NCBI GenBank assembly: GCA_045613985.1
Contig: JAZLCA010000072.1
Span: 747 to 64,746 of the forward strand
Length of the DNA: 64,000 bases
DNA from: Eubacteriales bacterium
GTDB lineage: Bacteria > Bacillota > Clostridia > Oscillospirales > CAG-272
Direction of reading: 5' to 3'
The notes under the pieces were generated by a model. The model did no database searches. It was not told where the DNA came from and worked only from the letters and a program-made list of their open reading frames with translations. Made by a program: the position numbers and the translations under genes. Shown here piece after piece: positions 19,554-29,700 of the stretch (positions are counted from its first letter, which is position 1; each line of letters opens with the position of its first letter).

Positions 19554-21044
19554 ATGAATTACTACAGCACCCGAGACCAAAAGAAGGAATTTCCCGTCAG
19601 CGCCGCCCAGGCCATCAAGCAGGGCCTTGCAAGCGACGGCGGTCTGTTTGTTCCTGAAACGTTGCCTACGCTGACCGAAGAATTTTTGAATGATTTGTGC
19701 GCGGCCGACTACGCCATCCGCGCCGCGAAGATCATGAAACTGTTTTTGGACGACTATACTTATGAAGAATTGCTCTTTGACTGCCAAGCCGCTTACGCGC
19801 CCGACTCTTTCCGCGGTGGCGCAGCTCCCCTGGTTGCCGTAGGAGAAGACGGATTGTATTCTCTGGAACTGTGGCACGGCCCTACCGCCGCTTTTAAGGA
19901 TATGGCACTTCAGATCATGCCCCGCCTTCTCTCTCGCGCCTTGAAAAAGACGGGAGAAGATCGCACGGCACTGATTCTCGTTGCCACCTCGGGCGACACG
20001 GGCAAGGCCGCTTTGGAGGGTTACCGCGATATCGATCAGACCAAAATGATCGTCTTCTATCCCGTGGACGGTGTCAGCCGCGTGCAAAAGCTGCAAATGG
20101 CAACTCAGTTGGGAGAGAACGTTAGAGTTTTGGCCATCCGCGGCAATTTTGACGACGCTCAGACCGGTGTCAAGCGCATTTTCGGTAACACTACCGTGGC
20201 TGACCGCTTGAACGAAGGCGGATATCTCTTGTCCAGCGCCAACTCCATCAACTGGGGCAGACTTCTTCCCCAGATCGTTTATTACGTATCCGCTTGGTGT
20301 GATTTGATCAACGCCGGCAAGCTGGCGCAAGGCGAAACCTTCAACGTCTGTGTTCCCACGGGTAACTTCGGTAATATTTTCGCCGCTTACCTGGCTCGCC
20401 GTATGGGTCTGCCGATCAACAAGCTGATCTGTGCTTCCAACAAAAACCACGTTTTGACCGACTTTTTGCGCACCGGCACCTATGACCGCAACCGTGCTTT
20501 CCACCTGACCATGTCCCCCTCGATGGATATTCTCATTTCGAGCAATCTGGAGCGTCTGCTCTACTTCACCGCAGGCTCCGCCGTCACCGCCGACTGTATG
20601 GCTCAGCTGAACGCCAACGGCTGCTACACCGTTACTCCTGAAGTCAAAGAGGAGATCGGCCGCGTTTTCGTCGGCTATTATGCGGACGAAGAAGAAACAG
20701 CCGCCGCAATTTCCCAGGTTTGGAATAAAAACGGCTACCTTTCCGATACCCATACCGCTGTTGCGCTTTCCTGTGCCGAAAAGTACCGTGCCGATTCCAA
20801 AGATGCAGCGCCCATGGTCGTGGCTTCCACCGCAAGCCCCTACAAATTCGCCAACAACGTCTACCGCGCCGTCAGCCAAAAGGATCCGACGGACGATTTG
20901 GCGGCGTTGGATGAGCTGTCCGCTTTGACGAACACCGAAATTCCTTATCCCCTGGCAGGTCTGGCCGAGCGCACCGTGCGCTTCAAGGACGTCATTGACG
21001 CTTCCGATATGACCGCCTCGGTATACGAAACCCTCGGTCTGTAA
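19554..21044 (+). CDS. thrC: Threonine synthase (long form)
   Basis: MNYYSTRD...GLASDGGLFVPE, HGPTAAFKDMALQ (PLP lysine), ATSGDTGKAA. Confidence 0.9.
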   Translation: MNYYSTRDQKKEFPVSAAQAIKQGLASDGGLFVPETLPTLTEEFLNDLCAADYAIRAAKIMKLFLDDYTYEELLFDCQAAYAPDSFRGGAAPLVAVGEDGLYSLELWHGPTAAFKDMALQIMPRLLSRALKKTGEDRTALILVATSGDTGKAALEGYRDIDQTKMIVFYPVDGVSRVQKLQMATQLGENVRVLAIRGNFDDAQTGVKRIFGNTTVADRLNEGGYLLSSANSINWGRLLPQIVYYVSAWCDLINAGKLAQGETFNVCVPTGNFGNIFAAYLARRMGLPINKLICASNKNHVLTDFLRTGTYDRNRAFHLTMSPSMDILISSNLERLLYFTAGSAVTADCMAQLNANGCYTVTPEVKEEIGRVFVGYYADEEETAAAISQVWNKNGYLSDTHTAVALSCAEKYRADSKDAAPMVVASTASPYKFANNVYRAVSQKDPTDDLAALDELSALTNTEIPYPLAGLAERTVRFKDVIDASDMTASVYETLGL

Positions 21045-21056
21045 ACCAATAAAGAA

Positions 21057-21079
21057 ACGGCTGCCGAATCGGCAGCCGT
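21057..21079. terminator. Shared hairpin between convergent thrC and the DUF1540 gene
   Basis: ACGGCTGCC (21057-21065) / GGCAGCCGT (21071-21079). T-rich on the minus-strand side (TTCTTTATTGG). Confidence 0.6.
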
Positions 21080-21085
21080 CCAAAA

Positions 21086-21286
21086 TCAAATGTCCTTTTT
21101 TTGCTTGAAGGTAGCGCAAACGGTATCCTGCGAGCTGGTCGCATAGCTGGGGCCAACCGAGATCTCCTTAGCCGTGCAGTGGGTGTCGCAATCGTGATAC
21201 ACGCAGTTGGTCACGTTGCAAACGATGCCGCCGATGTGGTCCTTGCCAAAGCAAGTGCGCTTGTTTTGATCATCCATCATGTTCAA
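21086..21286 (-). CDS. DUF1540 domain protein
   Basis: 66 aa, Cys/His-rich CNVTNCVYHDCDTHCTAKEISVG ... DTVCATF pattern typical of DUF1540. Confidence 0.75.
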   Translation of the reverse strand: MNMMDDQNKRTCFGKDHIGGIVCNVTNCVYHDCDTHCTAKEISVGPSYATSSQDTVCATFKQKKDI

Positions 21287-21396
21287 AATCTCCTATCCAT
21301 CATGGTAGTTGCCGCCGCGGTTCGACGGACATTGCTATCTTCCCCAAAAGTCAGGGCGTTTATTCTTGATCACGAAAATTAACGAAAGGAGTCGTC

Positions 21397-22158
21397 ATGG
21401 CGCTGTTTGTACTATCCGATCCCCATTTGGCCATTCGTCACGCTGACAAATCCATGGAAGCGTTCGGCAGCCGTTGGCAGGATTACGTTAACCGCATAGA
21501 GAAAAACTGGCGTGCCGTTGTCAGCGACAACGATACCGTCGTCCTGCCGGGAGATATCTCTTGGGCTATTACGTTGGAAGGTGCGCGCGACGATCTCGCC
21601 TTTCTTCATTCTCTGCCCGGTCAAAAGCTGCTGGGCAAAGGCAATCATGACTTTTTCTGGTCCACCGCCTCTAAAATGAACGCTTTTTTCAGCGAGTGCG
21701 GTTTTGATTCTCTGCATATTCTGTATAACAACGCTTATTTGATCGAAGATATGATCCTCTGCGGCACACGTGGGTGGTTCTACGACGAGAAGCTGCAGAA
21801 TACCGTTGGAGAGGTGGATTATACCAAAATCATCAACCGAGAATTGGGACGGCTGCGCCTGAGTCTGGAAGCCGCCCGCGCTCTGCAACAAGAACAGCCA
21901 AAAGCCGATGGCACTCCCTGCGAAATCATTCCCTTTTTGCATTTTCCGCCATTGTTTGGAGATTTTCGTTGCCATGAGTTTATGAATCTTTTGGCAGAAT
22001 ACGGAGTGCGCCGTTGTTACTTCGGCCACATCCACAGCGATCTGCCCGAAGGGCATCCGAGTGTCGTCGACGGTATTCATTACATTTTGTGCTCGGCAGA
22101 CCATCTTCGCTTTACTCCTTTGCCCGTTTTCCCGACAGAACGCTTCAATTTCTCTTGA
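21397..22158 (+). CDS. Calcineurin-like metallophosphoesterase
   Basis: LSDPHL, LPGDISW, GKGNHDFFW, FGHIH metal-binding motifs. Confidence 0.8.
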   Translation: MALFVLSDPHLAIRHADKSMEAFGSRWQDYVNRIEKNWRAVVSDNDTVVLPGDISWAITLEGARDDLAFLHSLPGQKLLGKGNHDFFWSTASKMNAFFSECGFDSLHILYNNAYLIEDMILCGTRGWFYDEKLQNTVGEVDYTKIINRELGRLRLSLEAARALQQEQPKADGTPCEIIPFLHFPPLFGDFRCHEFMNLLAEYGVRRCYFGHIHSDLPEGHPSVVDGIHYILCSADHLRFTPLPVFPTERFNFS

Positions 22159-22184
22159 TTTTCAAAGAAAAATAGGAAAAAGGC

Positions 22185-22213
22185 TTGACATTTTATCCGA
22201 TTTTCGGTAAAAT
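22185..22213 (+). promoter_or_regulatory. Consensus sigma-A promoter for tig
   Basis: TTGACA (22185-22190), 17 nt, TAAAAT (22208-22213). Confidence 0.6.
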
Positions 22214-22264
22214 ATAGGATGTATGTAAATTTTTAGCCAAATGCTATATTTTGGAGGAACAAAA

Positions 22265-23563
22265 ATGACACTGACAAAGAATGAAAAGAACGAACAGGGC
22301 CAGGTAGTCCTGGAGTTCAAGGTAGAAAAAGACGTTTTCGACGCAGCCGTCGAAAAGGAATACCGCAAGGAAGTTAAGAACATCACCGTCCCCGGTTTCC
22401 GCAAGGGTAAGGCCCCCCGCTCCGTCATCGAAAGAATGTACGGTAAGGGCGCATTCTACGAGGGCGCATTCAACGCAATCCTGCCCGGCGCTTTTGATGA
22501 GGCTGTTAAGGAAGCAGCAATCGAGGTCGTCGGCCAGCCCGAGTTTGACGTTGTATCCTGCGACGACAACGGCGTTGTATTCTCTGCCGTTGTTTACGTA
22601 AAGCCTGACGTTGAGATCAAGGATTACTTCGGCATCGAGGTTTCCAAGGAGATCGCTCCCGTAACCGAAGAAGAGATTGACAACGAAATCTTCGGCGTTC
22701 GCAACCGCAACTCTCGCGAGAGCGACGTTACTGACCGTGCCGCTGAAAACGGCGATACCGCTACCATCGACTTCGAGGGCTTCGTTGACGAGGTTCCCTT
22801 CGAGGGCGGCAAGGGTACCGATTACGCTCTGGAGCTGGGTTCGAACACCTTTATCCCCGGCTTTGAGGATCAGATCGTCGGTCACAACGTCGGCGATGCT
22901 TTTGACGTAAACGTCACCTTCCCCGAAGAATATCACGCTGCTGACCTTGCCGGCAAGCCCGCCGTATTCAAGGTAACGCTGAACAAGCTGCAGAAGATCG
23001 AGCTGCCCGAGCTTGACGACGAGTTCGTTAAGGATGTTTCCGAATTTGACACGGTAGATGAATACCGCGCAGATTGGAAGGCAAAACTGGAGAAGCAGCA
23101 CGAGGACAGCGCCAACGCCGCTTTCGAGAACGATCTGATGAAGGCGCTCATGGATAAGCTGGTTGCCGATATTCCCGAGCCCATGTTCGTTGAGGAGACC
23201 GAGAACTTCGTTCGCGATTACGATAACAGACTGCGTATGCAGGGTCTGGATCTGAACACCTACTTCAAGTACACCGGCCTGACGCTGGAGAAGCTGCGCG
23301 AGCAGATGCGTCCTCAGGCGGAGAGCCAGGTCAAGTGCCGTCTGGCGCTCGAAAAGATCGCCGCTCTGGAGAACATCCTGCCGACCGACGAAGAGGTTGC
23401 TGAGGAATACGCTAACATCGCTAAGGCGTATAATATGGACGTAGAGAAGGTTCAGTCCATGATCGCTTCCGATGCCATCATTGCCGACATGAAGGTCAAG
23501 AAGGCAATGGATTTGGTCAAGGAAAAGGCAGTTATCGTCGCCAAGACCGCTGACGCTGAATAA
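22265..23563 (+). CDS. tig: Trigger factor
   Basis: [21 protein letters not shown] signature, FKBP-type PPIase middle domain ([15 protein letters not shown]...[12 protein letters not shown]). ATG 22265 follows GGAGG. Confidence 0.95.
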   Translation: MTLTKNEKNEQGQVVLEFKVEKDVFDAAVEKEYRKEVKNITVPGFRKGKAPRSVIERMYGKGAFYEGAFNAILPGAFDEAVKEAAIEVVGQPEFDVVSCDDNGVVFSAVVYVKPDVEIKDYFGIEVSKEIAPVTEEEIDNEIFGVRNRNSRESDVTDRAAENGDTATIDFEGFVDEVPFEGGKGTDYALELGSNTFIPGFEDQIVGHNVGDAFDVNVTFPEEYHAADLAGKPAVFKVTLNKLQKIELPELDDEFVKDVSEFDTVDEYRADWKAKLEKQHEDSANAAFENDLMKALMDKLVADIPEPMFVEETENFVRDYDNRLRMQGLDLNTYFKYTGLTLEKLREQMRPQAESQVKCRLALEKIAALENILPTDEEVAEEYANIAKAYNMDVEKVQSMIASDAIIADMKVKKAMDLVKEKAVIVAKTADAE

Positions 23564-23590
23564 TCCGTTCGCATCATCGAACACAACGAT

Positions 23591-23627
23591 TGCCCGGCAT
23601 TGCGCTTCGCTGCCGGGCAGTCTTTTC
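23591..23627 (+). terminator. Rho-independent terminator/attenuator after tig
   Basis: TGCCCGGCA (23591-23599) / TGCCGGGCA (23611-23619), then GTCTTTTCC. Confidence 0.65.
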
Positions 23628-23660
23628 CCAATTACAAAGAACAAAACGGAGGTATTTCCC

Positions 23661-24269
23661 ATGCAAGATTTCTATTCTCCCCGTGCGGCTCTCGTCCCCA
23701 CCGTTGTAGAGCAAACCGGTAAGGGCGAGCGCGCGTATGATATCTACTCCCGCCTGCTTAACGACCGCATCATTTTCCTGTCCGATGAGGTCAACGACGT
23801 GACTGCATCGCTGGTCGTAGCGCAAATGCTGTTTTTGGAGGCAGAGGATCCCGATAAGGATATCAGCCTGTACATCAACAGCCCCGGCGGCTCGGTTACG
23901 GCAGGCATGGCTATCTACGACACTATGAATTTCATCAAGTGTGACGTTTCCACCATCTGCATCGGTATGGCTGCCAGCATGGGTGCCTTTTTGCTTGCCG
24001 CAGGTGCCAAGGGTAAGAGAATCGCTCTTCCCAACAGCGAAATCATGATCCATCAGCCTCTGGGCGGCGCGAAGGGCCAGGCCACTGACATCAAGATCCA
24101 GGCCGATCTCATTCTGCGTACCCGTGACAACCTCAACCGTATCCTTGCCGAGAATACGGGCAAGTCGATCGAGGAGATCGCCCGCGACACCGAGCGCGAC
24201 AATTTCATGACCAGTGCTCAGGCACTCGAGTACGGTCTGATCGATAAGATCCTGACCAAGCGCGACTGA
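23661..24269 (+). CDS. clpP: ATP-dependent Clp protease proteolytic subunit
   Basis: [56 protein letters not shown]. Confidence 0.95.
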   Translation: MQDFYSPRAALVPTVVEQTGKGERAYDIYSRLLNDRIIFLSDEVNDVTASLVVAQMLFLEAEDPDKDISLYINSPGGSVTAGMAIYDTMNFIKCDVSTICIGMAASMGAFLLAAGAKGKRIALPNSEIMIHQPLGGAKGQATDIKIQADLILRTRDNLNRILAENTGKSIEEIARDTERDNFMTSAQALEYGLIDKILTKRD

Positions 24270-24292
24270 TTCTGATCAAACGAGGAAACAGC

Positions 24293-25627
24293 ATGGACAA
24301 CAATAATAACAATTCGGGAAAGAACAAGCAAGATTTGCGCCGTTGCGCCTTTTGCGGACGTAACGAGCATCAGGTCAACTTTCTCATTCCCTCCCCCACC
24401 GGCATCTATATCTGCGACTTTTGCGTAGATGCCTGCGACGATTTGATCAACCAGACGCTGGAGGATGAGGAATACGCTCGCGGCGATGCAGGTATGTCGC
24501 TGACCCTGGAGACGCTTCCCAAACCCGCCGAGATCAAAGCGGGATTGGACGAATACGTCATCGGGCAGGATGAAGCGAAAATCACCTTGTCGGTCGCGGT
24601 GTACAACCACTATAAGCGAATTCTTTCCAAGCAACAGAAAAAGAGCAAAAGCAATCCTTCGCCCCTGGAGGACGTAGAGCTGCAAAAGAGCAACGTTCTT
24701 TTGCTTGGTCCTACCGGTGTGGGCAAAACCTATCTTGCCCAGACGCTCGCTAAAATGATGCAAGTTCCCTTCGCAATTGCCGACGCTACCACGCTAACCG
24801 AAGCCGGTTACGTTGGTGAGGACGTTGAGAATATTCTGCTTCGCCTGATTCAGGCGGCCGATTACAACGTCGAGTTGGCCGAGCGTGGTATCATCTATAT
24901 CGACGAAATCGACAAAATCTCCCGCAAGAGCGAAAATCGCTCCATCACCCGTGACGTATCGGGCGAGGGCGTACAGCAGGCGTTGCTCAAGATTTTGGAG
25001 GGTACCGTCTCTAACGTACCTCCCCAGGGCGGCCGCAAGCACCCTAACCAGGAGTTCATTCAGGTCAATACCGAGAACATTCTGTTCATTTGCGGCGGTG
25101 CCTTTGACGGTCTGGAAAAGATCATCGAAAAGCGCAAGGGCAACCAATCCATTGGCTTTGAAAGCAAGATTCAGAAAAAAGAGGAACGCCGCGAAAACGG
25201 CATTTTCCACGATGCTACCGCCCACGACATCGTCAAATTCGGCTTGATCCCTGAGTTGGTCGGCCGTTTGCCCGTCATGGTTTCTTTGACCGATCTTGAC
25301 CGTGAGGCACTGGTGCGCATCATCCGCGAGCCCAAAAATTCGCTCATCAAGCAGTATATGAAGCTGTTTGATATGGACGGAGTCAAGCTGACCTTTACCG
25401 ACGAAGCACTCAACGAGGTAGCCGCACTTGCCTTGGAGCGCAACACGGGCGCCCGCGGACTTCGCTCCATCTTGGAGAAAATGATGACCCGCATGATGTT
25501 CGACATTCCTTCTCGCAAGGATATCGAGGAAGTGCAGATCACGCCCGCCTTTGTGCGCGGCGAGGGAGAAGCAACTTATCTTCTCAAGCAACCCGAGGCT
25601 CCGGCTTTGCCTCAAGCAACCGAATAA
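24293..25627 (+). CDS. clpX: ATP-dependent Clp protease ATP-binding subunit ClpX
   Basis: N-terminal zinc-binding CAFCGR...ICDFCVDAC, Walker [23 protein letters not shown]. Confidence 0.95.
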   Translation: MDNNNNNSGKNKQDLRRCAFCGRNEHQVNFLIPSPTGIYICDFCVDACDDLINQTLEDEEYARGDAGMSLTLETLPKPAEIKAGLDEYVIGQDEAKITLSVAVYNHYKRILSKQQKKSKSNPSPLEDVELQKSNVLLLGPTGVGKTYLAQTLAKMMQVPFAIADATTLTEAGYVGEDVENILLRLIQAADYNVELAERGIIYIDEIDKISRKSENRSITRDVSGEGVQQALLKILEGTVSNVPPQGGRKHPNQEFIQVNTENILFICGGAFDGLEKIIEKRKGNQSIGFESKIQKKEERRENGIFHDATAHDIVKFGLIPELVGRLPVMVSLTDLDREALVRIIREPKNSLIKQYMKLFDMDGVKLTFTDEALNEVAALALERNTGARGLRSILEKMMTRMMFDIPSRKDIEEVQITPAFVRGEGEATYLLKQPEAPALPQATE

Positions 25628-25631
25628 ACAC

Positions 25632-25672
25632 ACGGAGATATCAAGATCCATTCTCGATATCTCCGTTTTTTT
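25632..25672 (+). terminator. Rho-independent terminator after clpX
   Basis: ACGGAGATATC (25632-25642) / GATATCTCCGT (25656-25666), then a T7 run. Confidence 0.8.
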
Positions 25673-25762
25673 ACGATTGACATCTCAAGGATTTTTGTGA
25701 TATAATACACTAGACATTGATATATCGCAATTTAAGCAATTTTTGTTATTAGGAGCAACGTT

Positions 25763-27256
25763 TTGAATAACTGTGAAAAAAATTTTGGGTTCACCCATAA
25801 AAGCGGCATTCTGATGGCCGTCAGCAGCCTGCCGTCTCCTTACGGTATCGGGACCTTTGGCAAGGCTGCGTTTCGTTTCATTGACTTTTTGGATGAGTGC
25901 CACCAGACGTGCTGGCAAGTCCTTCCCCTTAATCCCACCTCTTACGGAGACAGCCCCTACCAATCCCCGGCCTCCATCGCAGGCAATCCCTACTTCATCG
26001 ATCCGGATCTGCTTTGCCAACAAGGACTTTTGACCAAGGATGAGCTGAAAGTCCTAAAGACGTCCGGTAAGGCCATCGACTACGGTCACCTGTTCCATAC
26101 GCGCTATCCCCTGCTTCGCCGTGCTTATGCAAGATTTGTACCCAATGAAGACTACACCACTTTCTGTAAAGCACAAGCCTCCTGGTTGGAGGATTACGCT
26201 CTGTTTATGGCGTTGAAGGTTCATTACGACTACCGCCAGTGGACGCTGTGGGAGCAGGAGCACCGAGACGTCCATTCTGCTCGCACTCACACGTCCGAAT
26301 TTGAGACTGAGATGGGTTTTTGGAAGTGGGTTCAGTATGAATTTATGAAGCAATGGCGTGCCGTGTGTGATTACGCACACTCCAAAAACATTTCCATCAT
26401 TGGCGATATGCCCATCTACGTTGCCCACGACAGCATGGACGTGTGGCGTGCTCCCGATCAATTCCTTCTGGACGAACAATACAATCCCACCGTGGTGGCA
26501 GGGTGCCCTCCCGACGCCTATGCCGAAGACGGCCAGTTGTGGGGCAATCCCATCTACCGCTGGGATCTGATGAAAGAACAGGGCTTTGCCTGGTGGATCG
26601 ACCGCGTAGAAAAGAACTTTGCCTTGTACGATCTATTGCGTATCGACCACTTCCGCGGATTTGCCGGGTACTATACCATCCCCTTCGGCCAAACCACCGC
26701 AAAAAACGGCTGGTGGAACCAAGGCCCCGGTATTGAACTCTTCCGCGCCATCCGTGCCGTATTTCCTGACGCTAAAATCATCGCGGAAGATCTGGGCTTT
26801 ATCACGGATGATGTGCGCGCACTGTTAACCGATACGGATTTTCCCGGCATGAAGGTATTGCAGTTCGCATTTTATGACAACGACAGCGAATATCTGCCAA
26901 GAACCTATCCAACGGACAACTGCATCGTCTACGTCAGCACACACGACTCGGATTGTACCCGCTCTTGGTTCCTTGCCCTTCCCGATCATGCCAAAAAACG
27001 CTTCCGGCGGGAATGCCCTCGCAAAAAGGGCCAAAGCGCAACCTTGGCAGCCATCGAACTGGCAATGAGCTCCCGCGCCAATTTGGCGATCATCGCCATG
27101 CAGGATTATCTGGAATTGACCAACGAACAGGGACGTATGAACGTGCCCTCTCGTGCCGAGGGCAACTGGTCTTTTCGTGTCAGCAACCGATATGCAACTG
27201 CTTCGCTCAAACAGCGCATACGCGATATCACCGATACTGCCGGACGCACAAAATAA
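25763..27256 (+). CDS. malQ: 4-alpha-glucanotransferase (amylomaltase, GH77)
   Basis: GILMAVSSLPSPYGIGTFG, LRIDHFRGF, IIAEDLG. TTG start at 25763, 7 nt after AGGAG (25751-25755). Confidence 0.9.
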   Translation: MNNCEKNFGFTHKSGILMAVSSLPSPYGIGTFGKAAFRFIDFLDECHQTCWQVLPLNPTSYGDSPYQSPASIAGNPYFIDPDLLCQQGLLTKDELKVLKTSGKAIDYGHLFHTRYPLLRRAYARFVPNEDYTTFCKAQASWLEDYALFMALKVHYDYRQWTLWEQEHRDVHSARTHTSEFETEMGFWKWVQYEFMKQWRAVCDYAHSKNISIIGDMPIYVAHDSMDVWRAPDQFLLDEQYNPTVVAGCPPDAYAEDGQLWGNPIYRWDLMKEQGFAWWIDRVEKNFALYDLLRIDHFRGFAGYYTIPFGQTTAKNGWWNQGPGIELFRAIRAVFPDAKIIAEDLGFITDDVRALLTDTDFPGMKVLQFAFYDNDSEYLPRTYPTDNCIVYVSTHDSDCTRSWFLALPDHAKKRFRRECPRKKGQSATLAAIELAMSSRANLAIIAMQDYLELTNEQGRMNVPSRAEGNWSFRVSNRYATASLKQRIRDITDTAGRTK

Positions 27257-27280
27257 TCCTTCGAGCATCAAAAGCAAAAA

Positions 27281-27307
27281 ATCTCCCATGCTCATGGGAG
27301 ATTTTTT
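27281..27307 (+). terminator. Rho-independent terminator after malQ
   Basis: ATCTCCCA (27281-27288) / TGGGAGAT (27295-27302), then a T6 run. Confidence 0.75.
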
Positions 27308-27373
27308 GCTTGCTTTTTGAGGGGAATTATGGTATACTATACGTAGCAAACAACACATGGAAAGGAGAGAGCC

Positions 27374-29653
27374 ATGGTACTCATCATCGCCGAAAAACCG
27401 AGTCTTGCCCGCAACATTGCCGCCGGCATTGAGCACGCCGTGGCACAATCCGGACAGAACAGCAAAATGTCCCGCCGCGACGGCTACCTGGAGGGTTGTG
27501 GCTATTTGGTCTCTTGGGCCTTCGGACATTTGTTTTCCCTGTGCGACATTGAAAGCTATCTACCCGCCGAAAAGCGAGCCGACCGCTGGACGATGGATAA
27601 TCTTCCCTGTTTCCCGGAGCAATTCCGTTTTGAACTACGCCGTGAGGGAAAAGGCGGCAAGGTCGATGCAGGCGTGCAAAAGCAGTTTGCTATTTTGCAG
27701 TCGCTGTGCAATCGCCCCGACGTCACCGCCATTGCCAACGCAGGAGACGCTGACCGCGAGGGAGAGATCATCGTTCGTCTTTGCATACAGCACGCCCTGC
27801 GTCCCGAAAACAAGCAAAACCGCCGTCTCGTCCGTCTGTGGTTGCCCGATCAAACGCCCCAGACCGTTGCCCGCGCCTTGAGCGAAATGAAGGACGAGAG
27901 CGAATACGATAATCTCGCCAACGAGGGCTTTGCCCGCACCTATATCGACTGGCTGTACGGTGTCAATCTGACTCGCTATGCCACTCTTCGTATGGGAACG
28001 CTATTGCGTGTCGGGCGCGTGATCATTCCCATCGTTCGCGCCATTTACGAGCGCGACATGGCCATCAAAAATTTTGTTCCGGGCAAATATTTCGCCGTGG
28101 TCAGCAAAGAAAAAACCAACGGCGAGGAGATCGAGTTGACCTCCAAGCATAAATTTGAAGGAGACAACCCAGTAGCTCAACGTGCTGCCGCCCAACAGCT
28201 GTGCGATACGTATAACGCTTTGCCCGCCGTTGTCACCGGAGTCAAAAACAAAAAAGACAAGCTCCCTGCGGGAAAACTGTATTCCCTTTCCAAACTGCAA
28301 AACGTGCTGGGTAAGAAATACAAAATGTCCATGGCAGATTCGCTTGAAATCGTCCAAAAGCTGTACGAGCAGGGCTATCTGACCTATCCTCGTACCAACT
28401 CGGAATATCTGGCAACCGCAGAAAAGGATAAGATCAAACAGATCCTTTCGGGCGTTGCAAAATTGGGATATCCCGTCCACTTTAAGGACTCTAAATCAAT
28501 CTTTGACGACAGCAAGATCGAATCCCATTCCGCGCTGACACCCACTTACAAAATCCCCAACAAGAGTCAGCTGTCCGAGCGCGAGATGCAGGTGTATTCT
28601 ACTGTTTTCCGCCGTTTCGTTGCCGTCTTTTGCGCCGAAGATTGCGTTGTCAGCCGTACCGAGATCACCATTTCGGTAGGAGACCTTGAAACGTTCACCC
28701 TCAAGGGCATGGTCATGCTGGAAAAGGGGTGGACCAAATACGACGATTACTCCCAAAAGGATAAAATTCTGCCTGCGCTGAAAAAAGGTGACGTCGTCGT
28801 CACTCATTTCAAGCCCGTGGAAAAGGAGACCTCCCCGCCCCGCCACTACACCATTGAAACGCTCAACAATTACCTGAAAAATCCCTTCAAGGAGGAACGA
28901 GCCGCCGGTGCGGATCTTTCTGCTCTGGCCGATCATATCGGCGAAGATGACGCGGAAGAATACCGCGCCATGCTGGAGGGTATTGAGTTGGGTACCGAAG
29001 CGACGCGAACGGGTATCATCGACAACGCCCGTAACAGCAACTACATTGCCCTGAAAAAGGACGTATATACCATCCAGCCCGACGGCATTTTTCTCATTGA
29101 GTCGCTCGATCGCCTGCATATCAGCATGGACAAATATAAAACGAGTGATATGGGCCGCGCCCTCAAACGGGTCTTCCACGGTGAAATGCAGGTGGATGAT
29201 AGCATCGCCATTGCGAAAAAAGAAATCGCGCAGGTGTTCGAGCAAAGCACCCAGGGACAAAACGATATCGGCTTTTTTGGCGACGTGATCGGACGCTGTC
29301 CTCTATGCGGCAATGACGTTCGCCGTTTCCGCAATTTTTACGGTTGCACCGGCTACAAAGAAAAAGGCTGTAAATTCAGTGTCAATCTGATCATCTGCTC
29401 CCATCCCATCACTACACTTCACGTCCGTGCCCTTTTGACCGACGGCAAAACGCCTGTAATCTCCGGCTTCAAATCCCCACGCACGGGAAAAAGCTTTGAT
29501 GCAGCTTTGAAACTGCAAGACGGTCGGGCGGTGTTTGATTTTGAACGGCCTCGCAATACAAAAACGTCTCCCTCTGCTTTGCCTGAGGGTTCCTTCCGCC
29601 GTCAGCCTCCCCCCGAAGAAAATCCCTTCCCGCCCGCCTTCTATGAGGGCTGA
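27374..29653 (+). CDS. topB: DNA topoisomerase III (type IA)
   Basis: Toprim N-terminus MVLIIAEKPSLARNIA, DADREGE, YLTYPRTNSEYL (catalytic Tyr region), C-terminal zinc ribbon CPLCGN...YGCTGYKEKGCKF. Confidence 0.9.
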   Translation: MVLIIAEKPSLARNIAAGIEHAVAQSGQNSKMSRRDGYLEGCGYLVSWAFGHLFSLCDIESYLPAEKRADRWTMDNLPCFPEQFRFELRREGKGGKVDAGVQKQFAILQSLCNRPDVTAIANAGDADREGEIIVRLCIQHALRPENKQNRRLVRLWLPDQTPQTVARALSEMKDESEYDNLANEGFARTYIDWLYGVNLTRYATLRMGTLLRVGRVIIPIVRAIYERDMAIKNFVPGKYFAVVSKEKTNGEEIELTSKHKFEGDNPVAQRAAAQQLCDTYNALPAVVTGVKNKKDKLPAGKLYSLSKLQNVLGKKYKMSMADSLEIVQKLYEQGYLTYPRTNSEYLATAEKDKIKQILSGVAKLGYPVHFKDSKSIFDDSKIESHSALTPTYKIPNKSQLSEREMQVYSTVFRRFVAVFCAEDCVVSRTEITISVGDLETFTLKGMVMLEKGWTKYDDYSQKDKILPALKKGDVVVTHFKPVEKETSPPRHYTIETLNNYLKNPFKEERAAGADLSALADHIGEDDAEEYRAMLEGIELGTEATRTGIIDNARNSNYIALKKDVYTIQPDGIFLIESLDRLHISMDKYKTSDMGRALKRVFHGEMQVDDSIAIAKKEIAQVFEQSTQGQNDIGFFGDVIGRCPLCGNDVRRFRNFYGCTGYKEKGCKFSVNLIICSHPITTLHVRALLTDGKTPVISGFKSPRTGKSFDAALKLQDGRAVFDFERPRNTKTSPSALPEGSFRRQPPPEENPFPPAFYEG

Positions 29654-29658
29654 CAAAC

Positions 29659-29697
29659 AAAAACTCCGCCGGTACCAATGGTACAAGCGGAGTTTTT
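29659..29697. terminator. Bidirectional terminator between topB and the DUF2974 gene
   Basis: AAAACTCCGC (29660-29669) / GCGGAGTTTT (29687-29696); A-run and T-run are part of the stem flanks. Confidence 0.75.
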
Positions 29698-29700
29698 CAT

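Noticed and set aside
27374-29653. Topoisomerase III as a marker of an integrative/conjugative element or plasmid insertion
   Set aside because: There is no integrase, relaxase, T4SS, replication gene or flanking direct repeats nearby. The neighbours are malQ and metabolic genes, each with its own promoter and terminator.
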